This document shows positions 1 through 10,538 of a stretch of DNA of 64,000 nucleotides, piece after piece. The DNA lies in contig JAQBHI010000051.1 in the NCBI GenBank assembly GCA_032127875.1, forward strand, positions 7,674 to 71,673. Reading direction: 5' to 3'. The notes under the pieces are model-generated. The model was not told the origin of the DNA. It did not search any database and saw only the letters and a program-made list of their open reading frames with translations. The translations under genes were made by a program, and so were the position numbers. Every line of letters starts with the position of its first letter. Position 1 is the stretch's first letter. Source of the DNA: Acidobacteriota bacterium (GTDB lineage: Bacteria; Acidobacteriota; Vicinamibacteria; Fen-336).

Positions 1-1314
1 CGCCGCGACGGGCGTCGGTGTGGTCGCCACCGGCGCTGTCTCCGGCGGAGCAGCCGCCGTCACCGGAGGCGCCGACTGGATCGAGATTGGCGGCGTCAGC
101 GTGGACGGTGGCTCGATTGCCGTATCGGCGACGGTCTTGTCGGGAGCCTCGCGCAGGAACACGTACCAGCCCGCGACCACCGCCAGGCAACCGAACACCA
201 GGAAAACGGCCGCCAAAATGAGCAGCGGTCCGGCGCTGCCCTTGCGAGCCACGGCGCGGGCCGCCGGGGCAGCCTGGGCTGGAGACACGGGCGGCGGTCT
301 CGTCAGGGGGGGGCGAGCCGGCGGCGGAGCCGAAACCTTCGTCGCCTCCGCCGCGCCCGCCAGCGTCGGCGGCGTCGCGAGCGTGGGTGAACCTGCCGGC
401 GAGGGACCGCCTGGTGACGTGGCGACCTCGTTCTGCCGGAGGGTCGGTGTCCAACCCGCGCGAGTCAGCGTCAGCAGATCGTCGGCGAACTCGCGGCCCG
501 TCTGGTAGCGGGTTTCGGGCGCCTTCGAGAGCGCGCGCGAGAGAATCCGGCTCACGTCCTCGGGTAGCCCGGCGTCCACCTCGTGGATCGGGGTCGGCTC
601 CTCGGTGATGATCTTGAAGATCAGGCCGGTGATCGACTCGCCGCGGAACGCCTTGCTGCCCGCCAGCATCTCGTAGAAGACCGCGCCGACGGCGAACAGG
701 TCGCTGCGTCCGTCGAGCAGGCTGCCGCGGGCTTGTTCCGGGCTCATGTAGGATGGCGTTCCCAGCAGGCTCCCGGTGGCTGTCAGGTGGTCGACGGAGT
801 TGATGACCTTGGCGATGCCGAAGTCAGTGACTTTCACCCGGTCGCCCGCCTCGATCATGATGTTGGCCGGCTTGATGTCGCGGTGCACGACGCTGTTCTT
901 GTGGGCGAAGTCGAGCGCGTCGGCAACCTGGGCGGCGATGCTGGCGGCGCGCTCCAGGGGCAGCCGCCCGGAGCTCGCGATCACCCGCTCCAGGCCGACG
1001 CCGTCGATGAACTCCATCGCGAGGTAGGAAACCCCGTCGGCCTCGCCGATATCGTAGATCGTGACGATGTTCGGGTGCTTGAGCTGTGCCGAGACCTGAG
1101 CCTCGCGCTCGAAGCGGTCGACCAGCTCGTCGAGGCTGGCGCCCTGGGCTGCCAGGCCCTCGAGCCGGATCGTCTTGATCGCCACCATGCGGCCGAGGAT
1201 CTTGTCCTTGGCCTTGTAGACCGTTCCGAATGCCCCCGCGCCCAGGCGCTGGACAACCTGGTAGCGTCCCGCGATCTCGGTCGGATCCGGCGTCGTGGCT
1301 CGAGGCTGACTCAT
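1..1314 (-). CDS. Hanks-type Ser/Thr protein kinase with a transmembrane helix and Pro/Thr-rich extracytoplasmic tail (3' end runs off the window)
   Basis: Absent from the ORF track; translated by hand from ATG at 1314: MSQPRATTPDPTEIAGRYQVVQRLGAGAFGTVYKA..VAIK..HRDIKPANIMI..KVTDFGIAK..GTPSYMSPEQ..SDLFAVG, then PLLILAAVFLVFGCLAVVAGWYVFL (TM). No stop before position 1. Confidence 0.95.
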   Translation of the reverse strand, partial: MSQPRATTPDPTEIAGRYQVVQRLGAGAFGTVYKAKDKILGRMVAIKTIRLEGLAAQGASLDELVDRFEREAQVSAQLKHPNIVTIYDIGEADGVSYLAMEFIDGVGLERVIASSGRLPLERAASIAAQVADALDFAHKNSVVHRDIKPANIMIEAGDRVKVTDFGIAKVINSVDHLTATGSLLGTPSYMSPEQARGSLLDGRSDLFAVGAVFYEMLAGSKAFRGESITGLIFKIITEEPTPIHEVDAGLPEDVSRILSRALSKAPETRYQTGREFADDLLTLTRAGWTPTLRQNEVATSPGGPSPAGSPTLATPPTLAGAAEATKVSAPPPARPPLTRPPPVSPAQAAPAARAVARKGSAGPLLILAAVFLVFGCLAVVAGWYVFLREAPDKTVADTAIEPPSTLTPPISIQSAPPVTAAAPPETAPVATTPTPVAA

Positions 1315-1318
1315 CTGG

Positions 1319-1660
1319 TTACCCCGGAGGCCAGCCGAGATGCCGGCCGCCCAGGAGGTGAAGGTGGATGTGATGGACGCTCTCGCCCGCGTCGTCGCCG
1401 CAGTTCAGGGTCAGGCGAAAACCGCGCTGCGCGAGCCCGGCTTCGGCCGCCAGCTGTTTCGCGCGTCGCAGCATTGCGCCCACCAGCGCGTCGTCACCCG
1501 GCTCCAGGTCCACGAGGCTCGTGATGTGGCGCTTGGGGATGACGAGCAGGTGGGTCGGCGCCTGCGGAGCGATGTCGTGGAAGGCGAATAGCTCCGCGTC
1601 CTCGAAGGCCTTCTTCGAAGGAATGCGCCCCGCCACGATATCGCAGAACAGACAGGACAT
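1319..1660 (-). CDS. hinT: Histidine triad (HIT) nucleotide-binding protein
   Basis: MSCLFCDI start, HDIAPQAPTHLLVIPK and HHIHLHLLGGR triad. Confidence 0.95.
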   Translation of the reverse strand: MSCLFCDIVAGRIPSKKAFEDAELFAFHDIAPQAPTHLLVIPKRHITSLVDLEPGDDALVGAMLRRAKQLAAEAGLAQRGFRLTLNCGDDAGESVHHIHLHLLGGRHLGWPPG

Positions 1661-1693
1661 GCCGAGGCGATGAGTCTACACCGATGGCGTGGG

Positions 1694-2119
1694 TTAGAAC
1701 ACTTCCCGGTCCAGCGCCGAGAGCAACTCCCGTATATTGCGCGCGTTCTGGCCGAAGTCTCCGATGCTTTGCCGCGATTTCGATCGAACGCCCACCAGCG
1801 TACGGCCCTTTTCGCGCCGGAGCCTCACCGTCACGTCTTCCTTGAGGAGCCCGAAGGGCATCGTGTGTACGGCCTGCACGGCGATGCCGGCGGGTCCCCT
1901 GGCCTCGCCAGTGACCTCCCAGCGAGGCAGCTCGCTGATCACCTTCCTGACGCTCTTCGCCACGGAATCCGGGCTGGCCCCGTAGTCGCGAGGCACAAGC
2001 TCCGGGTACTCCGGGGTCTTGCCGGTCTCGACTTCGCCCAGTTGCGGCCAGGCGCTGAATGCGAAGAACCCGCCGACGACGACTCCCAGGACCAGCAACT
2101 GCTTGAGGAGCGTCTTCAT
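1694..2119 (-). CDS. DUF1499-family membrane-anchored protein
   Basis: N-terminal hydrophobic helix and C-terminal VRSKSRQSIGDFGQNARNIRE, matching the RSxSRxGxxDxGxNxxRI motif of DUF1499 as recalled. Confidence 0.7.
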   Translation of the reverse strand: MKTLLKQLLVLGVVVGGFFAFSAWPQLGEVETGKTPEYPELVPRDYGASPDSVAKSVRKVISELPRWEVTGEARGPAGIAVQAVHTMPFGLLKEDVTVRLRREKGRTLVGVRSKSRQSIGDFGQNARNIRELLSALDREVF

Positions 2120-3216
2120 GAGGGGCTCGCCTCGAAGGCAAGGGGAAGCTGCTGTCCGCGCGCAGCCTGGAGCAGCTTGCGGGTCAGCGACGAGGTGGGC
2201 GTCGAGGCCAGCTCATCGGGCGCCGCCCAGCGCAGCCGCTCGGCGTCTTCGAGGGGCGCGCATGCCAGCCGCGCCCTGTAGGCTTCGACGCGGATCCGGC
2301 GAAACGTGATGGCGTGGCGCGTCCGCGCCACCAGGGCGCCCGGCACGATGTCGAGGCCGTGGCGTTCTCTCACTTCACGCACCAGATCAGGATAACCCCG
2401 CGACGCGAGGCTCGTCTGTGGGATTTCCCACATCCTGTCGAGCAGCCGGCCCTGCTCGCGGCGAACCAGCAGGATCCGCCCGCGCCGCTCGATGAGGGCG
2501 GCGGCCACGGTGACATCCACGCTCGCGCGCCGGGGCCGACCCTCCGGCAGTTCCTCGGTGATGCCCTGGGCTCGAGCCCCGCACGAAACCCTGAGCGGGC
2601 AGGCCGGGCAAGCAGGCTGCTGCGGCGTGCACAAGGTCGCGCCCAGCTCCATGAGCGCCTGATTCCAGTCGCCCGGCTGCTCGCGATCGAGCAGCTCTTC
2701 GGCGCGGTTGTAGAAGGGCCCGTCCGTCTTCCATTCGGGCCCGCGCAGCACCAGAAGCCGCGCCAGCACCCGACGCACGTTGCCGTCGACGACGGGCAGC
2801 GCCACTGCGTACGCGATCGAGAGGATGGCGCTCGCGGTGTAAAGCCCGACGCCCGGGACGGCGAGGGCGGCCTCGAGCGTCTTCGGAAAGCGCCCCCCGT
2901 GTCGTGCGACGACGTGTGCGGCTCCGCGCCGGAGATTGCGAGCCCGATGGTAGTAGCCGAGTCCCGACCAGGCGCCGAGGACAGCCTCCTCCGGAGCCGC
3001 CGCCAGTCGCTCGACACTGGGGAAGCTCGCCACGAAGCGCGCGTAGTAGGGCAGCATCGTCTTCACGGTCGTTTGCTGCAGCATCACCTCGGAGACCCAG
3101 ATCCGGTATGGGTCCTTGGTCTTGCGCCAGGGCAGCTCGCGCCGGTTGCGCCGGTACCAATCGAGCAGCCCGCGACGCTGCCTGGCGAACGCCTTCGCCG
3201 AAGCGCTGCCAGTCAT
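2116..3216 (-). CDS. mutY: A/G-specific adenine glycosylase MutY
   Basis: [45 protein letters not shown], 4Fe-4S motif [17 protein letters not shown] and a C-terminal NUDIX-like domain. ATG at 3216 overlaps the murA stop (ATGA); the longer track ORF is a spurious upstream extension. Confidence 0.95.
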   Translation of the reverse strand: MTGSASAKAFARQRRGLLDWYRRNRRELPWRKTKDPYRIWVSEVMLQQTTVKTMLPYYARFVASFPSVERLAAAPEEAVLGAWSGLGYYHRARNLRRGAAHVVARHGGRFPKTLEAALAVPGVGLYTASAILSIAYAVALPVVDGNVRRVLARLLVLRGPEWKTDGPFYNRAEELLDREQPGDWNQALMELGATLCTPQQPACPACPLRVSCGARAQGITEELPEGRPRRASVDVTVAAALIERRGRILLVRREQGRLLDRMWEIPQTSLASRGYPDLVREVRERHGLDIVPGALVARTRHAITFRRIRVEAYRARLACAPLEDAERLRWAAPDELASTPTSSLTRKLLQAARGQQLPLAFEASPS

Positions 3217-4466
3217 CTGAGTCTCTCGATGTCGGCGCCGAGACCCCGCAGTTTCTCGTCGATGCGGTAGTAGCCGCGGTCGAGGTGGTAGACACGGTCG
3301 ATGACGGTCTCGCCACTCGCCGCGAGAGCGGCCAGCACCAGCGACGCCGAGGCCCGCAGGTCGGTGGCCATGATCTGCGCTCCCGAAAGTGCCGTCGGGC
3401 CCGTGACGATTGCGACGTGACCGTTCTCGGCGATGTTCGCGCCCATTCGTCGCAGCTCGGCCACGTGCATGAAGCGGTTCTCGAAGATCGACTCGGTGAT
3501 GGTGCTGACGCCCGTGGCCTGCGTCATGAGCGTCATGTACTGCGCCTGCATGTCGGTCGGGAAGCCCGGGTGGGGCAGCGTCGTGACGCTCGCAGGCCGG
3601 ATCACCCGGGGCGCACGCACCCGCAGATTGTCGGGCCCTTCCTCGAGGCGCACGCCGATCTCGCGGAACTTGTCGAGCACAGCCTTCAGGTGCTGGGGGT
3701 GGCAGGCCTGGATCTCGATCTCGCCGCCGGCGATGGCGCACGCCGCGACGAAGGTTCCCGTCTCGATGCGATCGGGGATGACCGGGTGGCGCACTCCGGC
3801 GAGGCGCTCGACGCCCTCGATGCGGACCTCCGGCGTGCCCGCGCCGCTGATCCGTGCGCCCATCCCTAGGAGCATCTGGGCGAGGTCTTGGATCTCGGGT
3901 TCGCGGGCGGCATTTTGCAGTACGCTCACGCCCTCGGCGAGACAGGCGGCCATCATCAGGTTCTCGGTGCCCGTGACCGTGACGGTGTCGAAGTGGATCT
4001 CCGCGCCGCGCAGTCTTTCGGCGCGCGCCTCGACGTAGCCGTGCGCGACCGAGATCGTCGCGCCCATCTTCTGGAGGGCGCTGAGGTGCAGGTTGATGGG
4101 CCGGGCGCCGATCGCACAGCCGCCCGGCAGGGAGACGCGCGCGCGTCCCATCCGGGCCAGCAGCGGACCCAGGACCAGGACCGAAGCCCGCATCGTCTTC
4201 ACCAGTTCGTAGGGTGCCTCCACGGACTCGAGTGCGCCGGCCCGGACGTCGACCGAGCCCCCGACGCGGAAGTCCACGTCCGCTCCCAGCGCGGCCAGAA
4301 CGCGGCCCATGGTGCGGACATCGCGCACCTCGGGCACGTTCGTGAGCGTGACCACCTGATCGGTCAGCAAGGCGGCGCACAGCTCGGGGAGCGCCGCGTT
4401 CTTGGCGCCGGAGATGCGCACGCTGCCTTCGAGTGGCTTCCCGCCGACGACGCGGATCTTGTCCAT
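3213..4466 (-). CDS. murA: UDP-N-acetylglucosamine 1-carboxyvinyltransferase
   Basis: [34 protein letters not shown] (catalytic Cys), [24 protein letters not shown]. Confidence 0.98.
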   Translation of the reverse strand: MDKIRVVGGKPLEGSVRISGAKNAALPELCAALLTDQVVTLTNVPEVRDVRTMGRVLAALGADVDFRVGGSVDVRAGALESVEAPYELVKTMRASVLVLGPLLARMGRARVSLPGGCAIGARPINLHLSALQKMGATISVAHGYVEARAERLRGAEIHFDTVTVTGTENLMMAACLAEGVSVLQNAAREPEIQDLAQMLLGMGARISGAGTPEVRIEGVERLAGVRHPVIPDRIETGTFVAACAIAGGEIEIQACHPQHLKAVLDKFREIGVRLEEGPDNLRVRAPRVIRPASVTTLPHPGFPTDMQAQYMTLMTQATGVSTITESIFENRFMHVAELRRMGANIAENGHVAIVTGPTALSGAQIMATDLRASASLVLAALAASGETVIDRVYHLDRGYYRIDEKLRGLGADIERLR

Positions 4467-4523
4467 CGGCCGTCAAGTCTATATCCTTCAGCCCGAAACC
4501 GACCGAAGGGCGAGGGGGGCTAC

Positions 4524-5711
4524 ATGCGCATCAGGTTGCTCGCGGGTCTTGGCGTGCTGATGGCAGGCGCGGCATGCGCCAAGGCGCCTGACAAGGCAGC
4601 GCCGCCAGGCTCAGGCGAGCACGGGCCCCTGTTGCAGGTGGGGGCTCCCGAGGGCGCCGTCTCGATCGTGGCCTGGGCGGGCTACGTCGAGCGTGGCGAA
4701 ACGGACAAGGCCTACGATTGGGTGACCGGCTTCGAGAAGGACACGGGCTGCAAAGTCAGCGTCAAGACCGCGGCCACCTCCGACGAGATGGTCGCGCTCA
4801 TGAACGAAGGCGGGTTTGATCTCGTCACCGCCTCGGGTGACTCGAGCCTGAGGCTGGTGGCGGGCGGCCGCGTCCAGGAAATCAACACCGCGCTCGTGCC
4901 GAGCTGGGGCACGCTGGACCCGCGCCTGCAGAATGCGCCTTGGCACACGCTGAACGGCAAGCACTTCGGAGTGCCGTACCAGTGGGGTTCCAACCTGCTC
5001 GCCTACAACACCAGGGTCTTCGGCGCGAAGCCGCCCGATTCCTGGAGTGTCGTGTTCGAGGAGATGAAGCTGCCCGACGGTAAGTCGAACAAGGGCCGGG
5101 TGCAGGCCTTCGACGGGCCGATCTACGTCGCCGACGCGGCGCTGTATCTGATGACCCACAAGCCAGAGCTCGGCATCAAGGATCCCTACGCGCTCGACCG
5201 GGCTCAGTTTGCCGCGGCGCTCGAACTGCTCCGGCAGCAGCGCAAGATCATCGGGCGTTACTGGCACGATGCCGCCGCGCAGGTCGACGACTTCGTGAAC
5301 GAAGGCGTCGCCGCCTCCAGCTCTTGGCCGTTCCAGGTCAACCTCCTGCTGAGCAGCCACAAGCCGATCGGGAGCGTGATTCCCAAAGAGGGTGCGACGG
5401 GTTGGGCCGACACGACGATGCTGCATGCCCTGGCACCGCATCCGAACTGCGCGTACAAGTGGCTCGAGCACTCGCTCTCGCCAAAGACCCAGGGCGACCT
5501 GGCCGCCTGGTTCGGCTCGGTGCCGGCGGTGCCCGCCGCTTGCGCCGGCAATCCGCTGCTTGGCGAGAAGGGCTGCGAAACGAACGGAGCCGGCAACTTC
5601 GACAGGATCCATTTCTGGCGCACGCCGGTGGCGAGCTGCGGCGAGGGGCGGCAATGCGTGCCGTACCACGAGTGGGTCACGAGCTACATCGCCGTGATCG
5701 GTGGACACTAG
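4524..5711 (+). CDS. ydcS: Polyamine-type ABC transporter substrate-binding lipoprotein, YdcS-like
   Basis: ATG at 4524 after GAGGGGG; lipobox GAAC. Motifs AWAGYVERG..YDWVTGFEKDTGC, TSDEMV, DGKSNKGRVQAFDGPIY and KEGATGWADTTML closely match E. coli YdcS as recalled. Confidence 0.88.
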   Translation: MRIRLLAGLGVLMAGAACAKAPDKAAPPGSGEHGPLLQVGAPEGAVSIVAWAGYVERGETDKAYDWVTGFEKDTGCKVSVKTAATSDEMVALMNEGGFDLVTASGDSSLRLVAGGRVQEINTALVPSWGTLDPRLQNAPWHTLNGKHFGVPYQWGSNLLAYNTRVFGAKPPDSWSVVFEEMKLPDGKSNKGRVQAFDGPIYVADAALYLMTHKPELGIKDPYALDRAQFAAALELLRQQRKIIGRYWHDAAAQVDDFVNEGVAASSSWPFQVNLLLSSHKPIGSVIPKEGATGWADTTMLHALAPHPNCAYKWLEHSLSPKTQGDLAAWFGSVPAVPAACAGNPLLGEKGCETNGAGNFDRIHFWRTPVASCGEGRQCVPYHEWVTSYIAVIGGH

Positions 5712-6729
5712 TCCCGCGCTCCGCTTCCGCGGCGTCTCGCGCCGCTTCGGCGAGTTGTGCGCAGTGGACGCCGTCGACCTGGAGATCGGCGACGGCGAGT
5801 TCTTCTCCATGCTCGGGCCATCGGGGTCGGGCAAGACCACCTGCCTGCGCTTGATCGCGGGCTTCGACCGGCCCACGTCCGGATCGATCGAGTTGTTCGG
5901 GTCGCGCACCGAAGACGTGCCACCCTACGAACGCGACGTGAACACGGTCTTCCAGGACTACGCGCTGTTCCCGCACATGAACGTCGCCCAGAACGTGGCC
6001 TACGGCCTGCGCGTCAAGCGCGTGCCGGCGGCCGAGCGAGAGCGTCGCGTCGCCGAGATGCTCGAGCTGGTGCGGCTTCCCGATGTCTCCACGCGCCGCC
6101 CGGCGCAGCTTTCGGGCGGCCAGCGCCAGCGTGTCGCGCTGGCTCGCGCCCTGGTCAACCGGCCCCGCGTCCTGCTCCTCGACGAGCCGCTCGGGGCTCT
6201 CGACCTGAAGCTGCGCCAGCAGATGCAGGTCGAGCTGAAGGCGATCCAGGAGCGGCTCCGGATCACCTTCGTGTACGTGACCCACGACCAGGAAGAGGCG
6301 CTCGCGATGAGCGACCGGCTCGCGGTCTTCAGTCGCGGACGCGTCGAGCAGCTGGGCACGCCGGCCGAGGTCTACGAGCGGCCGGCTACGGCCTTCGTGG
6401 CCGACTTCGTGGGCGTCTCGAACCTGGTCGAAGGCGATCTCGCACGGCGGCTTTCCGGGTCGGCGCAAACCTTCACGGTACGGCCGGAGAAGATTCGGGT
6501 ACGGCCCACGGGCGAGGCCGTGGCGGCGGATGTGTGTTCGGTCGACGGCCGGATCCACGACGTCGTATACCTCGGCATGCACACGCGCTACCGCGTCGAG
6601 ATCGAGCCCGAGGTCCTTTTCGTGGTTGTCGAGCAAAACCTCGCCGCCAACTCGGGCGAAGTGCAGGCCATGCGTGGGCGGGACGTGCGCCTGGTGTGGC
6701 CGCGGGCGATGAACCGGCCGGTGGCCTGA
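5701..6729 (+). CDS. ydcT: Polyamine ABC transporter ATPase (PotA/YdcT-like)
   Basis: Walker A GPSGSGKTT, LSGGQRQR, LLLDEPLGALD, YVTHDQEEA, C-terminal TOBE-like region. Confidence 0.93.
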   Translation: MDTSPALRFRGVSRRFGELCAVDAVDLEIGDGEFFSMLGPSGSGKTTCLRLIAGFDRPTSGSIELFGSRTEDVPPYERDVNTVFQDYALFPHMNVAQNVAYGLRVKRVPAAERERRVAEMLELVRLPDVSTRRPAQLSGGQRQRVALARALVNRPRVLLLDEPLGALDLKLRQQMQVELKAIQERLRITFVYVTHDQEEALAMSDRLAVFSRGRVEQLGTPAEVYERPATAFVADFVGVSNLVEGDLARRLSGSAQTFTVRPEKIRVRPTGEAVAADVCSVDGRIHDVVYLGMHTRYRVEIEPEVLFVVVEQNLAANSGEVQAMRGRDVRLVWPRAMNRPVA

Positions 6730-6738
6730 GCCATCGGC

Positions 6739-7647
6739 ATGACGACGCGCCGGCTCTCCGCGCTCTTCTACCGTCACCCGCGCGCCGCTCTCGCGCTGCT
6801 CCTGGCCCCGCCACTGTTCTGGCTCGGCGTCGTCTATCTCGGCTCGTTGCTGAGCCTGGTCGTGCAGAGCTTCTACCACCTCGACGACTTCACCGGCCAG
6901 GTCGTGCGCCGCTTCACGCTGGCGACCTATGGCGATTTGCTGAGCCGCTCGAACCTCGACATCGCAGGTCGCACGCTGACCATGGCGGCGCTCGTAACCC
7001 TGGCCGACGCGCTGCTCGCCTTTCCCGTGGCCTACTACATGGCCCGCTACGCCTCGGGGCGCGTCAAGGCGATCCTGACGCTCGCGGTCCTGCTGCCGCT
7101 GTGGTCGAGCTACCTGGTGCGCGTCTACTCCTGGAAGCTGATCCTCGCGAAGGAAGGCGTTCTGAGCTGGTGCCTCGCGCAACTCGGGCTCAGTTCCGCC
7201 CTCGAAAGACTGCTGGCGCTTCCCGTGGTCGGGGGCCCGTCGCTGTCGGTGTCCGCGCTGGGCGCGTTCGCGGCCTTCGTCTACGTGTGGCTGCCGTACA
7301 TGATCCTGCCGATCCAGGCTGCCCTGGAGCGCGTGCCTCGATCGCTCGTCGAGGCGTCGAGCGATCTGGGCGCCTCGCCTGCCACGAGCTTCGCGAACAT
7401 CACGCTGCCGCTCGCGCTGCCAGGCGTCGTGGCGGGCTCGATCTTCACGTTTTCGCTCACGCTGGGCGACTTCGTGGTGCCGGGGGCGCTCGGCAACTCG
7501 AGCCTGTTCATCGGCCAGGCGGTGCTGGCCCACCAGGGAACGGCGGGCAACATCCCGCTGGCCGCGGCCTTCACCGTGATCCCGATGGCCATCATGGCGG
7601 TCTATATCAGCTTCGCAAAGCGGCTCGGGGCCTTCGATGCGCTCTGA
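6739..7647 (+). CDS. ydcU: Polyamine ABC transporter permease (PotB/YdcU-like)
   Basis: Multiple TM helices, [14 protein letters not shown] and EAA loop EASSDLGA. Confidence 0.92.
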   Translation: MTTRRLSALFYRHPRAALALLLAPPLFWLGVVYLGSLLSLVVQSFYHLDDFTGQVVRRFTLATYGDLLSRSNLDIAGRTLTMAALVTLADALLAFPVAYYMARYASGRVKAILTLAVLLPLWSSYLVRVYSWKLILAKEGVLSWCLAQLGLSSALERLLALPVVGGPSLSVSALGAFAAFVYVWLPYMILPIQAALERVPRSLVEASSDLGASPATSFANITLPLALPGVVAGSIFTFSLTLGDFVVPGALGNSSLFIGQAVLAHQGTAGNIPLAAAFTVIPMAIMAVYISFAKRLGAFDAL

Positions 7648-8458
7648 GCACGGGGGCGAAACGGCCCCAGTGGCCTTGAAGGCCGCCGTGCTCGGCGTCT
7701 TGCTGTTCCTGCACGCGCCCTTCGCCATCATCCTGCTCTACTGCTTCACCACCGAGGACGCCTCCTACCAGTTTCCGCCCCCGGGGCTGACGCTTCGCTG
7801 GTTCGCGGTAGCCTGGGAGCGCAGCGACATCTGGCGCGCGCTCGGTCTGTCGCTGCGGATCAGCTGCGTCTCGACGGCGATTGCCCTGGTTCTGGGAACC
7901 ATGGCGGCGGCGGCGGTGCATCGCGGCCGTTTCTTCGGACGGGAGGCGATCTCGTTCGTGTTGCTGCTGCCGATCGCGTTACCGGGCATAGTGACCGGGA
8001 TCGCGTTGCGTTCAGCCATGAACCTCGCGGAGGTGCCCTTCAGCTTCTGGACGATCGTGGTCGGGCATGCGACCTTCTGCGTGGTCGTGGTCTACAACAA
8101 CGTGCTCGCGCGCCTGAGGCGCCTGCCCGCTTCGCAGCTCGAGGCCTCGGCGGACCTGGGCGCCGGGGGTTTCGAGACGTTCCGGCGCATCGTGCTGCCG
8201 AACATCGCGACAGCGCTCCTGGCCGGAGGGATGCTGGCCTTCGCGCTCTCGTTCGACGAGGTGATCGTCACGACCTTCACGGCAGGCCAGCAGGAAACGC
8301 TTCCGATCTGGATCTACAACCAGCTCGCCAAGCCGCGCCAGCGGCCGGTCACGAACGTCGTCGCGGTGTTCGTCGTGCTGGCGACGTCGCTGCCGATTCT
8401 GCTCGCGCAGTTCCTGACCGAGCGTGGAGCGGCCGCGGACCCGAAGGCGCGTTCGTGA
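7637..8458 (+). CDS. ydcV: Polyamine ABC transporter permease (PotC/YdcV-like)
   Basis: TM helices, [28 protein letters not shown]. Confidence 0.92.
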   Translation: MRSEHGGETAPVALKAAVLGVLLFLHAPFAIILLYCFTTEDASYQFPPPGLTLRWFAVAWERSDIWRALGLSLRISCVSTAIALVLGTMAAAAVHRGRFFGREAISFVLLLPIALPGIVTGIALRSAMNLAEVPFSFWTIVVGHATFCVVVVYNNVLARLRRLPASQLEASADLGAGGFETFRRIVLPNIATALLAGGMLAFALSFDEVIVTTFTAGQQETLPIWIYNQLAKPRQRPVTNVVAVFVVLATSLPILLAQFLTERGAAADPKARS

Positions 8459-10536
8459 GCGATGTCAGGGAGAAGACCAGGCGGCGGCTTGCGAGCGAGC
8501 TAGCCCTCGCTTCCTTTGTCGTGCTATTCCAGGAGCTGGCACTGATCCGCTGGCTGCCGGGACAGGTACGGGTTCTCGCGTACTACCCGAACCTGATCCT
8601 GCTGAGCGCGTTTTTTGGGCTGGGGCTTGGTTGCCTCATGGCCGCGCGTCGCTCGGCACTGCCGGCGTGGCCGTGGCTGTTGCTGGCAACGACTGCGGCG
8701 GCGGTCGGGCTCTCCCGCGTCATCTTCACGCAGAGCTCCGCCAGCGAGCACCTTTTCTTGCTTTACTACGATCTGCCCCGCGACGCACCCGTCGTTTCCG
8801 ACGTTCGCCTTCCGATCGTGGCCTTCTTCTTGCTCACGGCTGCGCTCTTCGTGCCGCTCGGGCAGTTCGTCGCGCAACGGCTGCAGGAATTCGGGCGCCG
8901 GGGCGTGCCGCTCTCGGGCTACGCGTGGGATCTTGCCGGCTCGCTTCTGGGAGTCACGACCTTTGCCGCGCTCGGCTTCAGCGGCGCCTTCCCGTGGCTG
9001 TGGTTCGCGCTGTTCCTTGGGCCCGGTTTGTGGCTCGTGGGCGGCGGCTCAGGCCGTCGCCTCGCGCACGTCGCCGCTGCCCTTGCCGTGATCTTCGTGG
9101 TGACCCGCGGCGAAAAGGCGCAGGTCTACAGCCCGTACTACGCGATCAGTGCCGCCGCCCAGGGCAGCGGCGGCCTCGCCGTCCTCACGAACGGCTCGTT
9201 GCACCAGATTGCGCTACCGCTCTCGCGCACGGTTGTCGGGCCGGTCGACGAACAGTTGGCGCACATTCGCGAGGGCTACCACATTCCCTACCGGCTCATG
9301 GCGCAGCCACCACGTCGCGCCCTGGTGGTCGGCGCCGGCACAGGCAACGACGTGGCCGTGCTCCTCGACGAGGGCGCCGAGCATGTGGACGCCGTGGAGA
9401 TCGACCCGGCGATCCTCGAGCTGGGTCGCAAACGACACCCGGAGCATCCCTACGACTCGCCCCGGGTGCGGGCCGTGAACACCGACGCGCGCTCGTTCCT
9501 GAACGACACGACCGAACGCTACGACCTGATCGTATTTGGCACGCTCGACTCGATGACCCGGCTGTCGGCGCTGTCGAGCGTCCGCCTCGACAACTTCGTG
9601 TACACAGTGGATTGCCTGCGCGCGGCGCGACGTCGCCTCACAGCGGATGGCGGCGTCGCGCTGTACTTCATGGCCGGCACGCCGTACATCGATGCTCGGC
9701 TGGCCGGGATGGTGACCCAGGCCTTCGAGGAGGTGCCGCTCCGCTCCTTCGAGTTCTACACTCTGTTCAATCGCATCTACATGGCGGGCCCCGCCTTCGC
9801 GCAGCGCGACGGCGAGGCGCGCCGCGCCGCGGCGCCGGCCTTCCTGAAGCAACTCGCGAACCTGGAGCTTCCCACCGACGACTGGCCCTACCTCTACCTG
9901 GCCACGCGCGGCGTCAGCAGTTTCTACCTGAGCCTCGCCGGGGTCTTCGCCTTGCTCTGTGGGCTGGCGGTTGCGCTCGTCTCGCCGGTCATGCGCTCGA
10001 GCTTCTCGGGCCCGGGTGGTGTGGACGGGCCGATGTTCCTGTTCGGGGCGGGCTTCTTGTTGCTCGAGACGCGGGCCGTGACGGACATGGGGCTGCTCTG
10101 GGGTTCGACCTGGCTCACGAGCGCCGTGGTCTTCGCCTCGATCCTGGCGATGCTGCTGCTGGCGACCCTGCTGGCCGCAGCGCGCAAGCTTGCCGCTGGC
10201 ATCAGCATGGCGGGCGTGATCGTTTCGCTGCTCGTGGCCTATGCGATTCCCACGGAGCGGCTGCTGGGTTCGGATGTCGCGCTCAAGCTGGCGCTCTCGG
10301 TCTTGTTCATCGGCACGCCGATCTTTTTCGCGGGGCTCAGCTTTGCGGCCCTGTTCCGCGACCGGGGCGAAGCCGATCGGGCCTTCGGCTGGAACCTGCT
10401 GGGTGCCGTGGCCGGTGGCCTGCTGGAGCTGCTGTCGATGGCGATTGGCCTGAAGGCGCTGCTGCTGGTGGCTCTCGCGGCCTACCTGCTCGCGGCGCTG
10501 CTCTGGCTGCGTTCCCTGCGCGCCGATGCCGCCTGA
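8455..10536 (+). CDS. Membrane-embedded spermidine-synthase-like (class I SAM fold) protein
   Basis: About 7 N-terminal TM helices, central [55 protein letters not shown], then about 6 further TM helices. GTGA overlap with ydcV. Confidence 0.8.
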   Translation: MSDVREKTRRRLASELALASFVVLFQELALIRWLPGQVRVLAYYPNLILLSAFFGLGLGCLMAARRSALPAWPWLLLATTAAAVGLSRVIFTQSSASEHLFLLYYDLPRDAPVVSDVRLPIVAFFLLTAALFVPLGQFVAQRLQEFGRRGVPLSGYAWDLAGSLLGVTTFAALGFSGAFPWLWFALFLGPGLWLVGGGSGRRLAHVAAALAVIFVVTRGEKAQVYSPYYAISAAAQGSGGLAVLTNGSLHQIALPLSRTVVGPVDEQLAHIREGYHIPYRLMAQPPRRALVVGAGTGNDVAVLLDEGAEHVDAVEIDPAILELGRKRHPEHPYDSPRVRAVNTDARSFLNDTTERYDLIVFGTLDSMTRLSALSSVRLDNFVYTVDCLRAARRRLTADGGVALYFMAGTPYIDARLAGMVTQAFEEVPLRSFEFYTLFNRIYMAGPAFAQRDGEARRAAAPAFLKQLANLELPTDDWPYLYLATRGVSSFYLSLAGVFALLCGLAVALVSPVMRSSFSGPGGVDGPMFLFGAGFLLLETRAVTDMGLLWGSTWLTSAVVFASILAMLLLATLLAAARKLAAGISMAGVIVSLLVAYAIPTERLLGSDVALKLALSVLFIGTPIFFAGLSFAALFRDRGEADRAFGWNLLGAVAGGLLELLSMAIGLKALLLVALAAYLLAALLWLRSLRADAA

Positions 10537-10538
10537 GT

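Noticed and set aside
2116-4476. Apparent long fusion ORFs in the track (MutY 786 aa, EngB 692 aa, patatin 1018 aa, Pta 977 aa, PepP 650 aa, PheA 492 aa)
   Set aside because: The N-terminal extensions are Arg/Gly/Ala-rich off-frame readings of the upstream gene. The real starts are at the overlap junctions given in the features.
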